Source of the DNA: an uncultured Bacilli bacterium
Lineage (GTDB): Bacteria; Bacillota_I; Bacilli_A; RFN20; CAG-631
Assembly: GCA_934215405.1 (NCBI GenBank)
Contig: CAKPZU010000001.1
Coordinates: forward strand, 1-58,383
Reading direction: 5' to 3'
Length of the DNA: 58,383 bases
Under the pieces are notes generated by a model. That model was not told the DNA's origin and ran no database searches. It was given only the letters and a program-made list of their open reading frames with translations. The number at the start of each line of letters is the position of its first letter. The first letter of the stretch is position 1. The position numbers and the translations under genes are program-made. Shown one piece after another: positions 1-11,014 of the stretch.

Positions 1-2
1 CT

Positions 3-2267
3 ATTTCCTTTGAAGAAATTGTTAGAGATTATGCTAAAAACAATAAGGAAATAAGTGAATTAACAGAATTATTTGTTAATTTCTATTATGGAAACTTTTC
101 TGAAAATATTTATAATGATTTCAATATTTTTGAAGTAGATGGCTTACCATTTTTATGTGGATTAAATGAAGCTACTAACGATCAAGGAAATATAGTTCAA
201 ACATGGCAGTGGCGAGCAGGGTGTCAAAATGAAAATGTCTTTGTAAAGCTAACAGCTAAAAGTAATTGTAAGGTAAATCTTAAAGGAAATGCTTCAACTA
301 CTTGGGCAAATGCTTTATATAAGGTAGTAATTGAATCAAATAATATACAATATGAAGTAAATAGCTATGAATTAAATGCTAGTGTTGGAAGTGTTGATTT
401 TACTAATTCTTATTATTTAAAAGAAGGAGATTTCTTATTCTTTATAATGAGTGCTCCAGAGAATGTTGCTTGGCAAACATGTAACATTGAAGGTAGCGTT
501 AATGTAGCTAAGGAATTTAATGAAGAAGAATACGAAAAGCTTTTGGTTAATCCAATTGAAAATAGTGATATTTCTTATAGTAAGATTGTTGAAGAGGTTA
601 ATAACAATCAAGGAACTTATAGTAGAAGTACTTATGATGTATCTTTACTTGCTGGAAATGTAAAAGGAAAAATGTATGAAGCTAATATCTTTTCTAAATT
701 AAGTGACGGATTAAAATATGTGGCTTATTGCAAAGATGGGCAAGAAAAAGAAAACCATAATGATTCATATCCGGTATATTTTTATCCTTGGATGTATAAG
801 AGTGGCTCTGCCTCAATGGCGGCAATAATCAAATTTACGGCTAAAGAAAATATTGGCCTTCATGTATCAACTAGTCCTACAACTGATAAAAATGAAAAAG
901 GTGAATTATTTGATTGGAGTAGTAATGCTAATGCTAAAAATGAATATTATATTCAATTAGTAGATGGAAGCATTAAAAAGATTTATTCAAAGAATATTCA
1001 AGCAGTTTCAGCTAAAGATGATTATGCAATTACAGTTAGTTTAAAGAAAGGTGAATCATTCTATTATACATATGTTGCTAATTGGGGAATTATAGTATCA
1101 AATCCTATATTCACAATTGATACAAAATCATATGATCCTAACTTTACATATACTGAAATTGTTTCTAATGGTGAAGAATTAAATTACTTCGATATGGTTA
1201 CAGGCTTTGTAAACAATGACTTAAATGATGTTTCATTAGATAATATTTCTTATGGTTTTGCTTATGGAAAGGTAGACGAATTAAAGAAGTTTATGTATAA
1301 AGGCGGAGATGGTGAAGGAAATGCTGATGATCAAATTTGTGATATTGATGCAAGCAGTGATCAGGAAAAGAAATCTAATATATTCTTAAGATGGCAAGTT
1401 AGATGTTCAGGCACAGATGATAGTATTATTTATATAAAAGCAAAGCATAATACTTTATTATCATTTACTCATAAGGTAATCACATTAGATTATGCTTCAA
1501 ATATGTGTGTTACTGTTTATGTTGCTGATGAAAATGGTATTATCATTCAATTAAAATCAACAATTATGAATTTAGTTAGTGAAGAAAACGAATACTTATT
1601 AGATATTAATCTAAAGGAAAATGACACAGCTTATATTGTCTTTTCTTATCCAAATGGTGGTATATATACTTCAACTAGTAATTTCGAATTCAATATGAAG
1701 GCGATTCCTTCAAAATATGATGAAAGCAAACGCCCAGACTTTGCAACGCAAATTGAATTGAATAATATTAAAAAAGAAAAAAATCAAGCCATGACTGATT
1801 ATATTTCAAACTTAAATATGGATGATTATTCATCAGTTAAATGGATTGAAATTGAAGATATTACAATCACTTATAAGGAATTATTAGAAAAAACTTTAAC
1901 TAAAGAAGAAGCTTTAGCTATATATGATGAATTTATAAGTAAAATTAATAGTGTTGAAAATAAAACACAAGAAGAAAATAATTTAAAAGCTCTTAAGAAT
2001 GAAAAGAAAGAGTATTTAAATAGCTTAGTTAATAAAAAGGATTATTCAAGTAAGGATTATAAGGAAATTAGCAAGCTACTTGAAGAGTCATTAGCAAAAA
2101 TTGATAGTGCTATATCAAAGGCTACAATTAATACAATAGTTGCGCAATTTGAAAATAGACTGCAATCATTTACTAAAAAGAAGGGCTGTAAGGGAAGTAT
2201 TGAAACAACATTTGTTTTAGTAGCATCACTATATACTTTAATCGCTTTAAAAAGGAAAAAAGATTAA
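3..2267 (+). CDS. Large secreted/surface protein, 5'-truncated by the window edge; repeated beta-rich modules, helical stalk, C-terminal KKGCKGS + TM + basic tail
   Basis: The frame of ORF 447..2267 stays open back to nt 3 (ISFEEIVRDYAK...), so the listed Met is internal. Three modules each end in LK[EK][GN][DE]xx[FY]. The last 30 aa, KKKGCKGSIETTFVLVASLYTLIALKRKKD, form a hydrophobic helix with basic flanks. Confidence 0.8.
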   Translation: MSFEEIVRDYAKNNKEISELTELFVNFYYGNFSENIYNDFNIFEVDGLPFLCGLNEATNDQGNIVQTWQWRAGCQNENVFVKLTAKSNCKVNLKGNASTTWANALYKVVIESNNIQYEVNSYELNASVGSVDFTNSYYLKEGDFLFFIMSAPENVAWQTCNIEGSVNVAKEFNEEEYEKLLVNPIENSDISYSKIVEEVNNNQGTYSRSTYDVSLLAGNVKGKMYEANIFSKLSDGLKYVAYCKDGQEKENHNDSYPVYFYPWMYKSGSASMAAIIKFTAKENIGLHVSTSPTTDKNEKGELFDWSSNANAKNEYYIQLVDGSIKKIYSKNIQAVSAKDDYAITVSLKKGESFYYTYVANWGIIVSNPIFTIDTKSYDPNFTYTEIVSNGEELNYFDMVTGFVNNDLNDVSLDNISYGFAYGKVDELKKFMYKGGDGEGNADDQICDIDASSDQEKKSNIFLRWQVRCSGTDDSIIYIKAKHNTLLSFTHKVITLDYASNMCVTVYVADENGIIIQLKSTIMNLVSEENEYLLDINLKENDTAYIVFSYPNGGIYTSTSNFEFNMKAIPSKYDESKRPDFATQIELNNIKKEKNQAMTDYISNLNMDDYSSVKWIEIEDITITYKELLEKTLTKEEALAIYDEFISKINSVENKTQEENNLKALKNEKKEYLNSLVNKKDYSSKDYKEISKLLEESLAKIDSAISKATINTIVAQFENRLQSFTKKKGCKGSIETTFVLVASLYTLIALKRKKD

Positions 2268-2280
2268 TTTATTATTCAGG

Positions 2281-2301
2281 TGCCTTTAAGGTTTAAAGGC
2301 A
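2281..2301 (+). terminator. Hairpin terminator candidate after the surface-protein gene
   Basis: tgcctttaa-ggt-ttaaaggca gives a perfect 9-bp stem with a 3-nt loop 14 nt after the TAA. The T-tract is weak (tcttgttt). Confidence 0.4.
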
Positions 2302-2329
2302 TCTTGTTTAATAAAAAAGGAGGTATAAA

Positions 2330-3292
2330 ATGACTGTAGTTACAATGAAAAGAAAGTCATTTATAAAGGATATAAAAAAGGATTGGATGCTTTATACAAT
2401 GCTTATAATACTAGTTGTATCTTTATTTATATTTAACTATATTCCAATGGCAGGAATACAAATTGCTTTTAAGGATTATATCATCCCCCTTGGAAATAGA
2501 AAAGGTGGAATTTGGGGAAGCCCATGGGCTAAAAATGATTTTGGACAAATAGATTTATTAAAAAACTTTAAGATATTATTTAGTGATCCAAAATTTTGGA
2601 CAACTCTGAAAAACACCTTAAGAATATCAAGCTTAAGAATAATATTTGGCTTTCCAGTGCCAATTATATTAGTATTACTTTTAAATGAATTAACTAGTGA
2701 AAAATATAAAAAACTAGTACAAGGAATATCATATTTACCATATTTTATTTCTTGGGTTATTATTTCAAATATTTTCTTTGATTTAACTAAAACCGATAGC
2801 GGATTTCAATTAGTCCTTGAAAGTATTTTTGGCCATCAAATAAAGTTTTTTGGTGATGATAATTTGTTTTTACTAATTGTTATATTAACAGATATTTGGA
2901 AAAATGCTGGCTGGGGAACAATTATTTATTTTGCAGCATTGAGCAATATTTCACCAGAATTATATGAGGCTGCTTCAATTGATGGTGCTAATCGTTTTCA
3001 AAAAATGCTTTATATAACTCTTCCAGGGCTAGTTCCGGCCATTTCAATTAATTTAATCTTTGCTTTATCTGGCATTATTTATGGAGGATTTGATCAAATC
3101 TATAATATGTATAACGAAACAGTTTATGGAAAAGGTGATATCTTAGAAACTTATTTATTTAGAAGTGGCTTATTAGGCGGAGATTATTCACTTGGTACAG
3201 CTTTAGGCTTATTTAATTCAATTATTGGTTTAGCCTTAACTTTAATTGCTAATAAAATAATTAAAAAGTTAGGTGGTAATGGAATATGGTAA
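2330..3292 (+). CDS. Carbohydrate ABC transporter permease (CUT1, LplB/YtcP-like)
   Basis: RBS aaaggagg lies before the ATG. The protein has multiple TM segments and the EAA loop EAASIDGANRFQKMLYITLP. The N-terminus FNYIPMAGIQIAFKDY is typical of polysaccharide-type MalF-like permeases. Confidence 0.85.
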   Translation: MTVVTMKRKSFIKDIKKDWMLYTMLIILVVSLFIFNYIPMAGIQIAFKDYIIPLGNRKGGIWGSPWAKNDFGQIDLLKNFKILFSDPKFWTTLKNTLRISSLRIIFGFPVPIILVLLLNELTSEKYKKLVQGISYLPYFISWVIISNIFFDLTKTDSGFQLVLESIFGHQIKFFGDDNLFLLIVILTDIWKNAGWGTIIYFAALSNISPELYEAASIDGANRFQKMLYITLPGLVPAISINLIFALSGIIYGGFDQIYNMYNETVYGKGDILETYLFRSGLLGGDYSLGTALGLFNSIIGLALTLIANKIIKKLGGNGIW

Positions 3293-4173
3293 AGAGCTTT
3301 ATAGATAGAATTTTAGGGAAAACAGCTAAAGATAGAATATACAATATCATTGTTTATATCTTAGCGACTCTAGTAGCTTTAATAACATTATATCCATTTT
3401 TATATGTAGTAGTCGAAAGCTTAAAGGTTGTAATACCTCAAGATACAGGCATAGCTAAATATAAATTTAGCTTATCAGCCTATGGCTATATTTTAAAGGA
3501 TTTAGATTTATTATGGAGTTTTTTATGGAGTATTATAGTTGTTTTAATTAGTACCATTATTCATGTATTTTGCTGTGTTTTAAGTGCTTACCCTTTATCT
3601 AAAAAAAGACTAAGAGGAAGAAAGGTTGTTTTAATTTATATAATTATAACCATGCTATTTTCAGGAGGTCTAATTCCATATTTTATTTTAATGGATGACT
3701 TACATTTATTTAATAATCCATTAATATATATAGTTCCATGCTTAATAAGTGGCTTTGATGTAATTATTGCTAAAAACTTTTTCCAATCAATTCCTGAGGA
3801 ATTAGAAGAAGCCGCTAAAATTGATGGTGCTAATGACTATCAAATATTCTTTAAAATTTATTTAAAAATATCTCTTCCAATAATAGCAACACTAGCTTTA
3901 TGGTTTGCTGTTGGAAAATGGAATGATTGGATGACAGGTATTTTATATATGACAGATAAGCCAAAGCTACAGCTTATTCAAAATTACTTAAGAAGAATAC
4001 TTTCAACAACTACCTCACAATCAGGTGCTGGAAGTGATACAACAACAATGGCTTTAGCTTCAAATATAAAAATGGCCATTATAGTTGTTGGAACATTACC
4101 AATAATTTTGATTTATCCATTTGTACAGAAATATTTTGTAAAAGGTGTAATTTTAGGATCAGTTAAGGAGTAA
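3286..4173 (+). CDS. Carbohydrate ABC transporter permease (CUT1, LplC/MalG-like)
   Basis: ATGGTAA overlap with the upstream permease; EAA loop EEAAKIDGANDYQIFFKIYLKISLP; six hydrophobic segments. Confidence 0.85.
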   Translation: MVKSFIDRILGKTAKDRIYNIIVYILATLVALITLYPFLYVVVESLKVVIPQDTGIAKYKFSLSAYGYILKDLDLLWSFLWSIIVVLISTIIHVFCCVLSAYPLSKKRLRGRKVVLIYIIITMLFSGGLIPYFILMDDLHLFNNPLIYIVPCLISGFDVIIAKNFFQSIPEELEEAAKIDGANDYQIFFKIYLKISLPIIATLALWFAVGKWNDWMTGILYMTDKPKLQLIQNYLRRILSTTTSQSGAGSDTTTMALASNIKMAIIVVGTLPIILIYPFVQKYFVKGVILGSVKE

Positions 4174-4176
4174 CAT

Positions 4177-5118
4177 ATGAAAAAAATAAATATTATTTTA
4201 GATACCGATATTGGTGATGATATTGATGATGCTTTTGCTTTAGCTTGCTTATTAAATATGCAAGACAAGGTAAATATAGTAGGTATAACAACAGTTTTTG
4301 TTAATAGTGATCATCGTGCAAGAATGGTAAAAAAATTACTACATCTACATCATGATGATAATATACCAGTTTATGCTGGAATTAGAGAGGGCGATGGAAG
4401 TATAAATATTGATGGTGAATGCTGTCAATTTACTAAAGATTTATTAAATGATGAATACAAGCCTAATAATGATGTTTATAAGGATAATGGTGAAGGAGCT
4501 GTTTCATTTTTAATAAATAAAGCTAAGGAATATCAAGATGATTTAACAATTGTTTGTATTGGACCATATTCAAATATAGGAAGGGCTATAGCAAAAGATA
4601 AAGAGGCTTTTAGCAAATGTAAAATAGTTACAATGGGTGGTAATTTCTTTTCAAGGGCTTTTGTTGAATGGAATATTTATTGTGATCCGAAAAATGCAAA
4701 AGTGCTTCTTGAAAGTGGTTTAGATGTAACCTGCCTTGGAATTGATGTTACTAAAAAAACAAGATTAACAAACAAGCAATATGAGAATATCTTAAGCTAT
4801 ACTCCAAATGATTTTTATAAATATATGGTTTCTTTAATTACTATGCATAAAAATTATCAAAAGAATCCTAAAACATTTAGACCTTATTTACATGATCCAT
4901 TAGCTTTATTTTATGCCGTATTTAATGATTACGTAAAGGTTAAAAAGCAATTAATAAAGGTTGAAGTTAATGGAACTTATACAAGTGGTGAAACAGTTAA
5001 TATTGACTATTTATTTAGATATGAAAGAGAAAAAAGAAAAGGTAATGGAATAAATATTGCTTATAGCTTTGATAAAGAAAAATTTATGGATGATTTTATG
5101 AAAATATATAAAAAATAA
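4177..5118 (+). CDS. Nucleoside hydrolase (IUNH) family protein
   Basis: N-terminal aspartate cluster ILDTDIGDDIDDAFAL (DxDxxxDD), later LHDPLAL; about 310 aa, typical for the family. Confidence 0.75.
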   Translation: MKKINIILDTDIGDDIDDAFALACLLNMQDKVNIVGITTVFVNSDHRARMVKKLLHLHHDDNIPVYAGIREGDGSINIDGECCQFTKDLLNDEYKPNNDVYKDNGEGAVSFLINKAKEYQDDLTIVCIGPYSNIGRAIAKDKEAFSKCKIVTMGGNFFSRAFVEWNIYCDPKNAKVLLESGLDVTCLGIDVTKKTRLTNKQYENILSYTPNDFYKYMVSLITMHKNYQKNPKTFRPYLHDPLALFYAVFNDYVKVKKQLIKVEVNGTYTSGETVNIDYLFRYEREKRKGNGINIAYSFDKEKFMDDFMKIYKK

Positions 5119-5133
5119 AGAAAGGAAAAGACT

Positions 5134-6810
5134 ATGAATAATAAAAAATTATGTTTAATAATATCTTTACTTACAATTGCATCTTTAAGTGGATGTAATA
5201 GTAATAATAATGATTCAGAAAATACAAATAATGAAGCAATTAATATATTTACTATAAATGGCAACTATGCAGAAGGTGTAAAAAAGGACTCGGTTTGGAA
5301 ATATATTGAAGAAAAAGCTGATGTTTCATTTTCTATTAGTGGAGCTATTAATAATGGGGATTATTATACAACTTTATCTCCAAAAATTAATACTGCTAAA
5401 AACATGCCTGATGCCTTTTTTTCAGTTCCTCAAGGAACAGATAGCTCATATTATAAATGGGCCGATCAAACGACAGGTGTTTTATACAATTTAGATGAAT
5501 TATTAGCAGGAAACGAAGATAAATACCCTTATCTTTATGCTACAATTAATTCACCACAATTTGTAAATATGCGTTTTGACGGAGCTCATACTTTAATTCC
5601 AAATCCAAGTTTAAGAAGTGGCTGGGGAATTTATTATCGTTCAGATTGGCTAATTAATGTTGGCTATTATCAAAAGGATGAAAGTGGTAAAGCAATCTTA
5701 GATGAAAATGGAAATAAAATAGCTAGAACTCCAGTGACTATGGATGAGTTTAGTGAGGTTTTAAAACTATTTACAATTGCTGACCCAGATCAAAATGGCA
5801 AGGACGATACATATGGAATATCACCAGGTAGTGGAGCTCATATGACTAATCCTTTATACCATGCCTTTGGTGTGCCAACTGATTGGGATGTAAATGATGA
5901 AAATAATATTGAATATATGTATTTATCTCCTGAATATAAAAATTATTTAAGTTGGTTTCAAAAGCAATATAATAATGGTTATATTGAACCACAATTCTAT
6001 ATGAATAAAAATGATTCTGATAGAAAGTTATTTGAAAATGGTAAGGTTGGAGTAATTATTACAAATGCTGAAGCACATGTAATGTATGTTGCTAAGCCAA
6101 TGGAGGATATTTTTGGGAAAAATAAAACCGTTATGGGGGTAGCACCAATTGGTACTAAAACATGTGGAAAGGAAGGAGCACAAGGCTTTTCTGATTGGGG
6201 AGGAACTTGGGGAGGCTTTTCAATTACTAAAACATGTAAAAATATTGATGGCACCTTAAGATTATTTGATTATTTACTTTCACCAGAGGGGGCTTTAACA
6301 GCCTCATATGGTATTAAGGATGTTCATTATGAAATGAAGGATAATAAGCCATATGCTATTTTAGAGAATAGATATAAAGAAACAGAGGATTCATTTACTT
6401 ATTTTAAGGATGAAAATGGCTCAAGTGAACCTTTAGGAACATATAGATTTTATAGCTATTTATTATCATCTCCTCATATTTATGATTTAAAAACTAATAC
6501 ATATACAATGTGTGTAAATTATCAAATGTTTGATAGCTATTATTATAAGCTAATGGAGGATGCTAATAATCTTATGGTTACTCATAAAACTAAGCTTGAA
6601 AACTTCACTGATTTTACTTCTAGTGTTTTAAAAAAGAGAAGCCAAATAGAAAACGAAGCAGCAAGCTATGCTGTTCAAGCTATGGCTTGTAAGAAAAACT
6701 TAACATCTGATTATGACGAAATGGTTAAAAATTGCCAAAACTATGGATTAGATACAGTTAAGAAAATAATGAAGGCTAAAGCTATTGAATGTAAGATTAT
6801 TGAGGAATAA
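5134..6810 (+). CDS. Extracellular solute-binding lipoprotein of the ABC transporter (large LplA-like SBP)
   Basis: Signal peptide with lipobox LSGC followed by an N/S-rich linker. The 558-aa size and its position next to two CUT1 permeases fit this call. Confidence 0.8.
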   Translation: MNNKKLCLIISLLTIASLSGCNSNNNDSENTNNEAINIFTINGNYAEGVKKDSVWKYIEEKADVSFSISGAINNGDYYTTLSPKINTAKNMPDAFFSVPQGTDSSYYKWADQTTGVLYNLDELLAGNEDKYPYLYATINSPQFVNMRFDGAHTLIPNPSLRSGWGIYYRSDWLINVGYYQKDESGKAILDENGNKIARTPVTMDEFSEVLKLFTIADPDQNGKDDTYGISPGSGAHMTNPLYHAFGVPTDWDVNDENNIEYMYLSPEYKNYLSWFQKQYNNGYIEPQFYMNKNDSDRKLFENGKVGVIITNAEAHVMYVAKPMEDIFGKNKTVMGVAPIGTKTCGKEGAQGFSDWGGTWGGFSITKTCKNIDGTLRLFDYLLSPEGALTASYGIKDVHYEMKDNKPYAILENRYKETEDSFTYFKDENGSSEPLGTYRFYSYLLSSPHIYDLKTNTYTMCVNYQMFDSYYYKLMEDANNLMVTHKTKLENFTDFTSSVLKKRSQIENEAASYAVQAMACKKNLTSDYDEMVKNCQNYGLDTVKKIMKAKAIECKIIEE

Positions 6811-6812
6811 CT

Positions 6813-8003
6813 ATGAGATTAAAGCAATTAATAAAAGCACTAATATGTTGCTTAGCAGTTTGCTCTTGTAGCTCTAATAACACTTTAAGCACTAGCTCAG
6901 AAAATATTGAATACTTAGCCAATCAAGAATATATTTATGGGATGGATTATACCTCATTAGAGGGCGTATTTAATAAGATTGATTATAAAAAGGCTTATGA
7001 AATGCTAAATAATATGGGAGTTAAAAGCGTTAGAAACTGGATGCATTGTACTTATTTTTTCGATTCAAAATTTAATAGAAATGAAAGTAATATTGAATTA
7101 ATGAAGGATATGATTAAGATAATGCAAGGCTATAATATGCAAATTATTGGTTTAAACCATAAAAACTTTAATAAATATGGTAAGGATAATGCTAAAATTG
7201 CAAGAGATATGACACCTAATAGCTATTATCTTGAATGGCTTAATACAATTGAAGAGACATATTATGTTTTAGCTACTACCTTTCCTGAAATTACAATTTG
7301 GGAAATAGACAATGAAACTAATAATAATGGATTTATGGAAAATGCAACAGGAGGTCAATTTACTCTTCAGGAAATGATTGACATTTCTACAGATATTTTC
7401 TATTATGGCTCAAAAGGGCTTCATAGAGCTAACCCTAATATTCAAACAGTAATGGGTGGCTTTGTAACATGGAATGGAGAAGCATTTTTAGAAGGAGTTT
7501 ATAAAAATATTGAATCTGGTAATTTTGGCGAAGGGTCTAAAAATCCTGATGATTATTTTCAATGCTTAGCATGGCATCCTTATACTAAAAACTTTGATGA
7601 GGAATCGTTTGTAAGGGATAATCAAGCCATTTATGATATTTCCTTAAAGTATGAAAAAAAAGCTAAAAAGGTCTATTTTACTGAACTTGGAAACTGGACT
7701 TCATGTCAAAATGCTACAAAGGCTGCTAAATATTTAAAAGAGGTTTATGCAGTAACATTAAAATACTTGCCGTTTGTTGAATCAATTCATTATTATCGAT
7801 GCTTTGATAACATTTTGGATAATGGTAATAATTCAGGACTTTTCCACGATCCAAATATTGAAAGAATTGACTATATTTTCGGAACTGAAACTAGAGCAAA
7901 TCCTGGTTCTCCTAAAGAGGCTGCCTATGCATATCAGGAAATGACTGGTGGAAGTGGACCGTTAAATTTACTTGAAATTATCCTTAATGAGGAGGAAAAA
8001 TGA
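6813..8003 (+). CDS. Lipoprotein, clan GH-A-like (beta/alpha)8 glycoside hydrolase
   Basis: Cys-containing signal peptide (LAVCSCSS). WEIDNETNN is a candidate acid/base NE motif and YFTELGNW a candidate nucleophile. It is a paralogue of 9753..11012. Confidence 0.6.
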   Translation: MRLKQLIKALICCLAVCSCSSNNTLSTSSENIEYLANQEYIYGMDYTSLEGVFNKIDYKKAYEMLNNMGVKSVRNWMHCTYFFDSKFNRNESNIELMKDMIKIMQGYNMQIIGLNHKNFNKYGKDNAKIARDMTPNSYYLEWLNTIEETYYVLATTFPEITIWEIDNETNNNGFMENATGGQFTLQEMIDISTDIFYYGSKGLHRANPNIQTVMGGFVTWNGEAFLEGVYKNIESGNFGEGSKNPDDYFQCLAWHPYTKNFDEESFVRDNQAIYDISLKYEKKAKKVYFTELGNWTSCQNATKAAKYLKEVYAVTLKYLPFVESIHYYRCFDNILDNGNNSGLFHDPNIERIDYIFGTETRANPGSPKEAAYAYQEMTGGSGPLNLLEIILNEEEK

Positions 8004-9769
8004 TGAAGGATTTATCTAGAAGACATTATTGTGAGGGAAATAGAAATTTAGATAATTCTAAGCACGTCTTAAGTAACAATGATGTGCTTTATGAGTTCAA
8101 AGGATTTGATATTACAGATGCTCGTTCTATGGATGGTGCAAAGCTTTTTGAAGGCTTTTTATGCAGTGAGGAATTTGATAGTATTAAAATTGAAACCTAT
8201 TCAAGAAGAGTTCAAGGTAAAAATGCTTGGGAATATACTTTACTCAAAAATGGCAAGGTTTGTGGAACTGCTTATGATTATATTACTAATGATGGAACAT
8301 TTATAAGAGAGTTTAATTTAGCAACACCAATCCGCTTTAAGCTTCGCTTAGAAAATGGCGTTACAACCTATGCTCCAGGTATTATGGTAATGAAAAAAGG
8401 CACTCCATATGTAAATGATTATAAAACCGCTGAGGATGTATATTTTCGCTTTGATGGAGCATCTACTAGTATTTGCTGCTATGGAAGAGATACTGTTTAT
8501 TATATTGAAAGAAAAAGTAAGATGATGATATGTATAAATAAAGATATAGAAAAGCTATCATCAGAGGATGAAAAGGAATACAATTTTACTGATTTTAAAG
8601 TAACTAATGATGCCATTAAGGATATTGAAGAGGATGCGTATTATGTCCATAAAAGCTTAACCTATAAAAATGGGGCTTCCTTATCAGCTATTCCTTGGAA
8701 TATGTGCTATGTTCGTGATTCCTTTGGTATGTGTCGAGGCTATTTATCTATGAATATGTTTAAGGAAACAAAAGATATTTTAGCATTTTTTAATAAGGGA
8801 TTTATGGAAAAGCAAACAATAGCTACAGCTATCTCGTTAGGTAATGATAAAACATTACATATTCATGAAAATGATTTTTCTGAAAATACAGGATATATTA
8901 TAATTCTTGCTTTTTTATATTTAAAATATACTAACGATGTTGAATTTTTTAATTCCTTGCTTCCATTATTAAAAATGGCTTATAACGGTGCAAAAAAGCT
9001 TCTTGTTGATGGAATGATGCCTTTTTCTGGAGATGAAACATATGTTGCTGGTAATTTAATTCCTCGTGTTTGTGTTGATGAAGGCTCAGCTGAAGCAACA
9101 TTATTATTTATAGAATCAACAAAAATGCTTATTCCTTATTTAGATGAAAACGAAAAAGAAGAAGCTAGAAAATTAGTTAATGAAGCTACTAGTAAATATA
9201 AGGAAAACTTTGTAGTTAATAATAAGATAATGGCTAATAATCCAAAAAGGCTAATAAATGCTACATTAAAGGAAACGCGTAAGGGAGTATGTCCTTATTG
9301 CTATTCATATGGAAAAACATTTTTAAATAAATATAAGCTATATGCTTGTAGTAATTGTATAAATAAGGATGAAGATATAAGAAATCATAAGCAATTTTAT
9401 TTAACTAGTGTTTCATTAATGCCTTTATATATTGATAGTTTAGTGTTTAGTAAAGATGAACTAATAAAGATGTATGAAGAATTTGCTATAAATCTTATTG
9501 ATATTTATTATAATGATAAAAAAACTTTAACAAAAATATCTGGATATGAGTATGGGTTATTGCTATATGGTTTGGTAAAATTAAATAGTAAATACATGCA
9601 TGATATTTATAAAATATGTATAATGGCTAGAGATAGTGAGCATGCCTGGTCAGAATATTACATCGATGGTAATTGCTGTGGCATGAGATGGAGAAACTGG
9701 GAAACTGGTGTCAATATGCTAGCTATTGAATCATACATGGAGTATATAAAAAATGAAAATAATACATAA
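8000..9769 (+). CDS. Cytoplasmic protein, possible (alpha/alpha)6-barrel glycosidase-like, with an embedded CxxC...CxxC zinc ribbon
   Basis: ATGA overlap with the upstream gene and no signal peptide. NMCYVRDSFG resembles the GH15-type WxRD motif. The insert is CPYCYSYGKTFLNKYKLYACSNC. Confidence 0.4.
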   Translation: MMKDLSRRHYCEGNRNLDNSKHVLSNNDVLYEFKGFDITDARSMDGAKLFEGFLCSEEFDSIKIETYSRRVQGKNAWEYTLLKNGKVCGTAYDYITNDGTFIREFNLATPIRFKLRLENGVTTYAPGIMVMKKGTPYVNDYKTAEDVYFRFDGASTSICCYGRDTVYYIERKSKMMICINKDIEKLSSEDEKEYNFTDFKVTNDAIKDIEEDAYYVHKSLTYKNGASLSAIPWNMCYVRDSFGMCRGYLSMNMFKETKDILAFFNKGFMEKQTIATAISLGNDKTLHIHENDFSENTGYIIILAFLYLKYTNDVEFFNSLLPLLKMAYNGAKKLLVDGMMPFSGDETYVAGNLIPRVCVDEGSAEATLLFIESTKMLIPYLDENEKEEARKLVNEATSKYKENFVVNNKIMANNPKRLINATLKETRKGVCPYCYSYGKTFLNKYKLYACSNCINKDEDIRNHKQFYLTSVSLMPLYIDSLVFSKDELIKMYEEFAINLIDIYYNDKKTLTKISGYEYGLLLYGLVKLNSKYMHDIYKICIMARDSEHAWSEYYIDGNCCGMRWRNWETGVNMLAIESYMEYIKNENNT

Positions 9770-11012
9770 ATTAAAAATAGCCGTGATTGTATGCTTTTTA
9801 TCATTATTAAATGCATGTAATACAAATATAAATAGCGAGGATAATAGTGGACAAATGGATATAATCAAATATGGTGAAAATTATAGAAAAGAATTAGAAA
9901 AGCCAAATCAAGAAAATATTTTTGGTATGGATTATTTATCATATGAATGGTATGGTCATGGAATTGATTATGTAAAAGGATATAAGACTTTAGCCAATAT
10001 GGGAGTTAAAAGTATTAGAAATTGGATGCATTTTAGTTATTTTTTTGAAAATCCTGATAAATTAAAAAAGGAAAAATGTGACCTTATGCATGATATGCTA
10101 AGTGTTGCTAATGAGTATAATTTTCAAATTATTGGGATGAATCATGTTAACTGGAGTATCAAATACCAACGCTTTTGTATTGGTAAGGAAAAATATCAAA
10201 CATTTGAAGGATCGTCTTATCAAGAATGGTTAGATGTTTATGAAAAGTGCTGGTATACATTAGTTAAGGAATTTAGTGAAATAACATATTGGGAAATAGA
10301 TAATGAATTAAATAATAAAGACTTTATGTTTATTGAAGGAAGTAAGGAATTTTTAACATCTAAAGAAAGCGCAAAAATATCAGCGGATATGCTATTTAGA
10401 GCTTCAAGAGCAATACATAAAGCTAATAAAGATGCAATTACAATACTTGGTGGTATTGTGGATCCATATGGCTTGGGTATAATGGATGCTCAATCAAAAA
10501 TAACAATGGTTGGTTATTTAGAGGATTTATATGACGAAATAGAATCAGGCGAGCACGGAAGCTTTCACCCAGATGATTTCTTCCAGGTGGCTGCTTGGCA
10601 TCCATATTATTACTATAAGGCACCAGATGATTATTTCTATGAAGAAAATAATAAAATATATGAGGTAATAAAAAGGCGTGAAGGAAAAGATAAAAAGGTC
10701 TTTTTAACTGAAATTGGCTGGAACGAAAAGAATATCCCGGCTGATAAAATTTCTGAATGTATAACTAAGCTATATAGCAATGCAAAAGAAAAAATGCCAT
10801 ACGTTGAATCAATACATTATTATAGATATTTTGATAATGCTATTCAAGGTGATGGTGATTTTGCTGGTATGTTTTATGATGCTGTTGATAATCATATTGA
10901 TGAGCTAGATGGTGTTATTAGAAAGCAAGGACAAGCAAAACCATATGCTTATGTATACCAACAATTAGCTAAAGGAACAGGTAGCTTAAAGCTATTTGAA
11001 AAGGATGAATAA
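9753..11012 (+). CDS. Lipoprotein, clan GH-A-like glycoside hydrolase (paralogue of 6813..8003)
   Basis: Lipobox LLNAC. It shares NMGVKSIRNWMH, WEIDNELNN, LTEIGW and ESIHYYRYFDN blocks with 6813..8003. Confidence 0.6.
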   Translation: MKIIHKLKIAVIVCFLSLLNACNTNINSEDNSGQMDIIKYGENYRKELEKPNQENIFGMDYLSYEWYGHGIDYVKGYKTLANMGVKSIRNWMHFSYFFENPDKLKKEKCDLMHDMLSVANEYNFQIIGMNHVNWSIKYQRFCIGKEKYQTFEGSSYQEWLDVYEKCWYTLVKEFSEITYWEIDNELNNKDFMFIEGSKEFLTSKESAKISADMLFRASRAIHKANKDAITILGGIVDPYGLGIMDAQSKITMVGYLEDLYDEIESGEHGSFHPDDFFQVAAWHPYYYYKAPDDYFYEENNKIYEVIKRREGKDKKVFLTEIGWNEKNIPADKISECITKLYSNAKEKMPYVESIHYYRYFDNAIQGDGDFAGMFYDAVDNHIDELDGVIRKQGQAKPYAYVYQQLAKGTGSLKLFEKDE

Positions 11013-11014
11013 TA

